This document shows positions 63,410-64,000 of a DNA stretch of 64,000 nucleotides, one piece after another (position 1 is the stretch's first letter; each line of letters opens with the position of its first letter). A model generated the notes under the pieces. It saw nothing but the letters and a program-made list of their open reading frames with translations, made no database searches and was not told where the DNA came from. The DNA is from Synechococcus sp. (GTDB lineage Bacteria > Cyanobacteriota > Cyanobacteriia > PCC-6307 > Cyanobiaceae): contig JBJBCN010000002.1 of assembly GCA_047285805.1 (NCBI GenBank), positions 832,001-896,000 on the forward strand, read 5' to 3'. The position numbers were made by a program, and so were the translations under genes.

Positions 63410-63607
63410 ATGACGGCGCCGACCTCCCTATCACTGGAATCCAACTTCGAACTCGAGCGCATCAAACGCTCCATCGACGCTATGGATGACCTCGAGTTAC
63501 TCAAGCATCTGGCCAAGCAGATGGCAGAGATGATGCATGCACAGAAGGATGTCACGAATCAGCTCATCGGCGGGCGCAAGCGCCAGAGCTTCGGCTTCGA
63601 CGCCTGA
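63410..63607 (+). CDS. NblA-like small protein
   Basis: 65 aa; LSLESNFELERIKRSIDAMDDLELLKHLAKQMAEMMHAQKDV resembles the NblA LSLEQQF two-helix pattern. Confidence 0.65.
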   Translation: MTAPTSLSLESNFELERIKRSIDAMDDLELLKHLAKQMAEMMHAQKDVTNQLIGGRKRQSFGFDA

Positions 63608-63611
63608 TCCT

Positions 63612-63782
63612 TTACACGGGTGCAGTTGACGAGAGCAGGTCCAGAGAAATAGCGACCTGCTCCAGCAACTCGCAGCAACGCTCGTACTGATGATCCGGAC
63701 TGAGGCTGACCGGCAGGGTTTCGATCATGTCCGCCAGCTCCCGGGTACGCACAGCCATGAGGTTGGTGGAAAGAATGGCCAT
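63612..63782 (-). CDS. 56-aa hypothetical protein
   Basis: MAILSTNLMAVRTRELADMIETLPVSLSPDHQYERCCELLEQVAISLDLLSSTAPV*; fills the gap convergent with the NblA-like gene. Confidence 0.4.
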   Translation of the reverse strand: MAILSTNLMAVRTRELADMIETLPVSLSPDHQYERCCELLEQVAISLDLLSSTAPV

Positions 63783-63909
63783 CCATTACGCGACCACAGG
63801 GTCGCTGCGCTCTAAACCAACCATGACCACTTATCTCAAGAATCTCGCCAGTGAGACGTCAAATTTGAACGGGCTCATGGAACAATGAATCAGACCCAAG
63901 GTCGTCCCT

Positions 63910-63994
63910 GGAGGGGTGGTCGAGTGGTTGATGGCTCCGGTCTTGAAAACCGGCGAAGTGAAAGCTTCCGTGGGTTCGAATCCCACCCCCTCCG
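63910..63994 (+). tRNA. tRNA-Ser(UGA)
   Basis: GGAGGGG/CCCCTCC acceptor stem, CCGGT-CTTGAAA-ACCGG anticodon arm, long variable arm, GGTTCGAATCC T-arm. Confidence 0.97.
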
Positions 63995-64000
63995 CTTGTT

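Noticed and set aside
1..64000. CRISPR array, IS element or prophage structural genes
   Set aside because: No repeat-spacer array, transposase or virion motifs seen; the 27-bp repeat at 17704 is coding and has no spacer.
63910..64000. tRNA-Ser as the attachment site of the island
   Set aside because: No tRNA fragment at the island ends, which are hslO-derived; anything downstream of the tRNA is outside the window.

Overview
High-GC picocyanobacterial (Synechococcus/Cyanobium-type) chromosomal segment. Most of it is core genome: fbaA, thrC-like + MoaD/ThiS, ftsH, rpmF, recJ, psb30, an RNB-domain gene, ubiX, ndhV, acsF, tldD/pmbA, fmt, a DEAD-box helicase, mfd, ctpA, ispG, udg, an aminotransferase, a PhnDCE-like ABC transporter, rsmE, hslO, prfC, nrdJ and tRNA-Ser(UGA). 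The main accessory feature is a ~10 kb, visibly lower-GC island (47069-57100) integrated into the 3' end of hslO. It is bounded by a ~92-bp duplication of the hslO 3' end, has short TAGGCCAC repeats just inside both ends, and carries a dead tyrosine integrase. Its cargo is a passenger-less intimin/invasin-type beta-barrel gene directly followed by a secreted Cys-rich protein gene (candidate split inverse-autotransporter system), a lipoprotein, a thermonuclease, many microprotein ORFs and a candidate sRNA. Outside the island are two pseudogenes (a SigF-like sigma factor and an HExxH protein), an RNase R-like protein lacking its catalytic motif, an NblA-like microprotein, and candidate NrdR/DnaA boxes upstream of nrdJ. 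All calls are from motif recognition by eye; no database searches were run, and several start codons are estimates.
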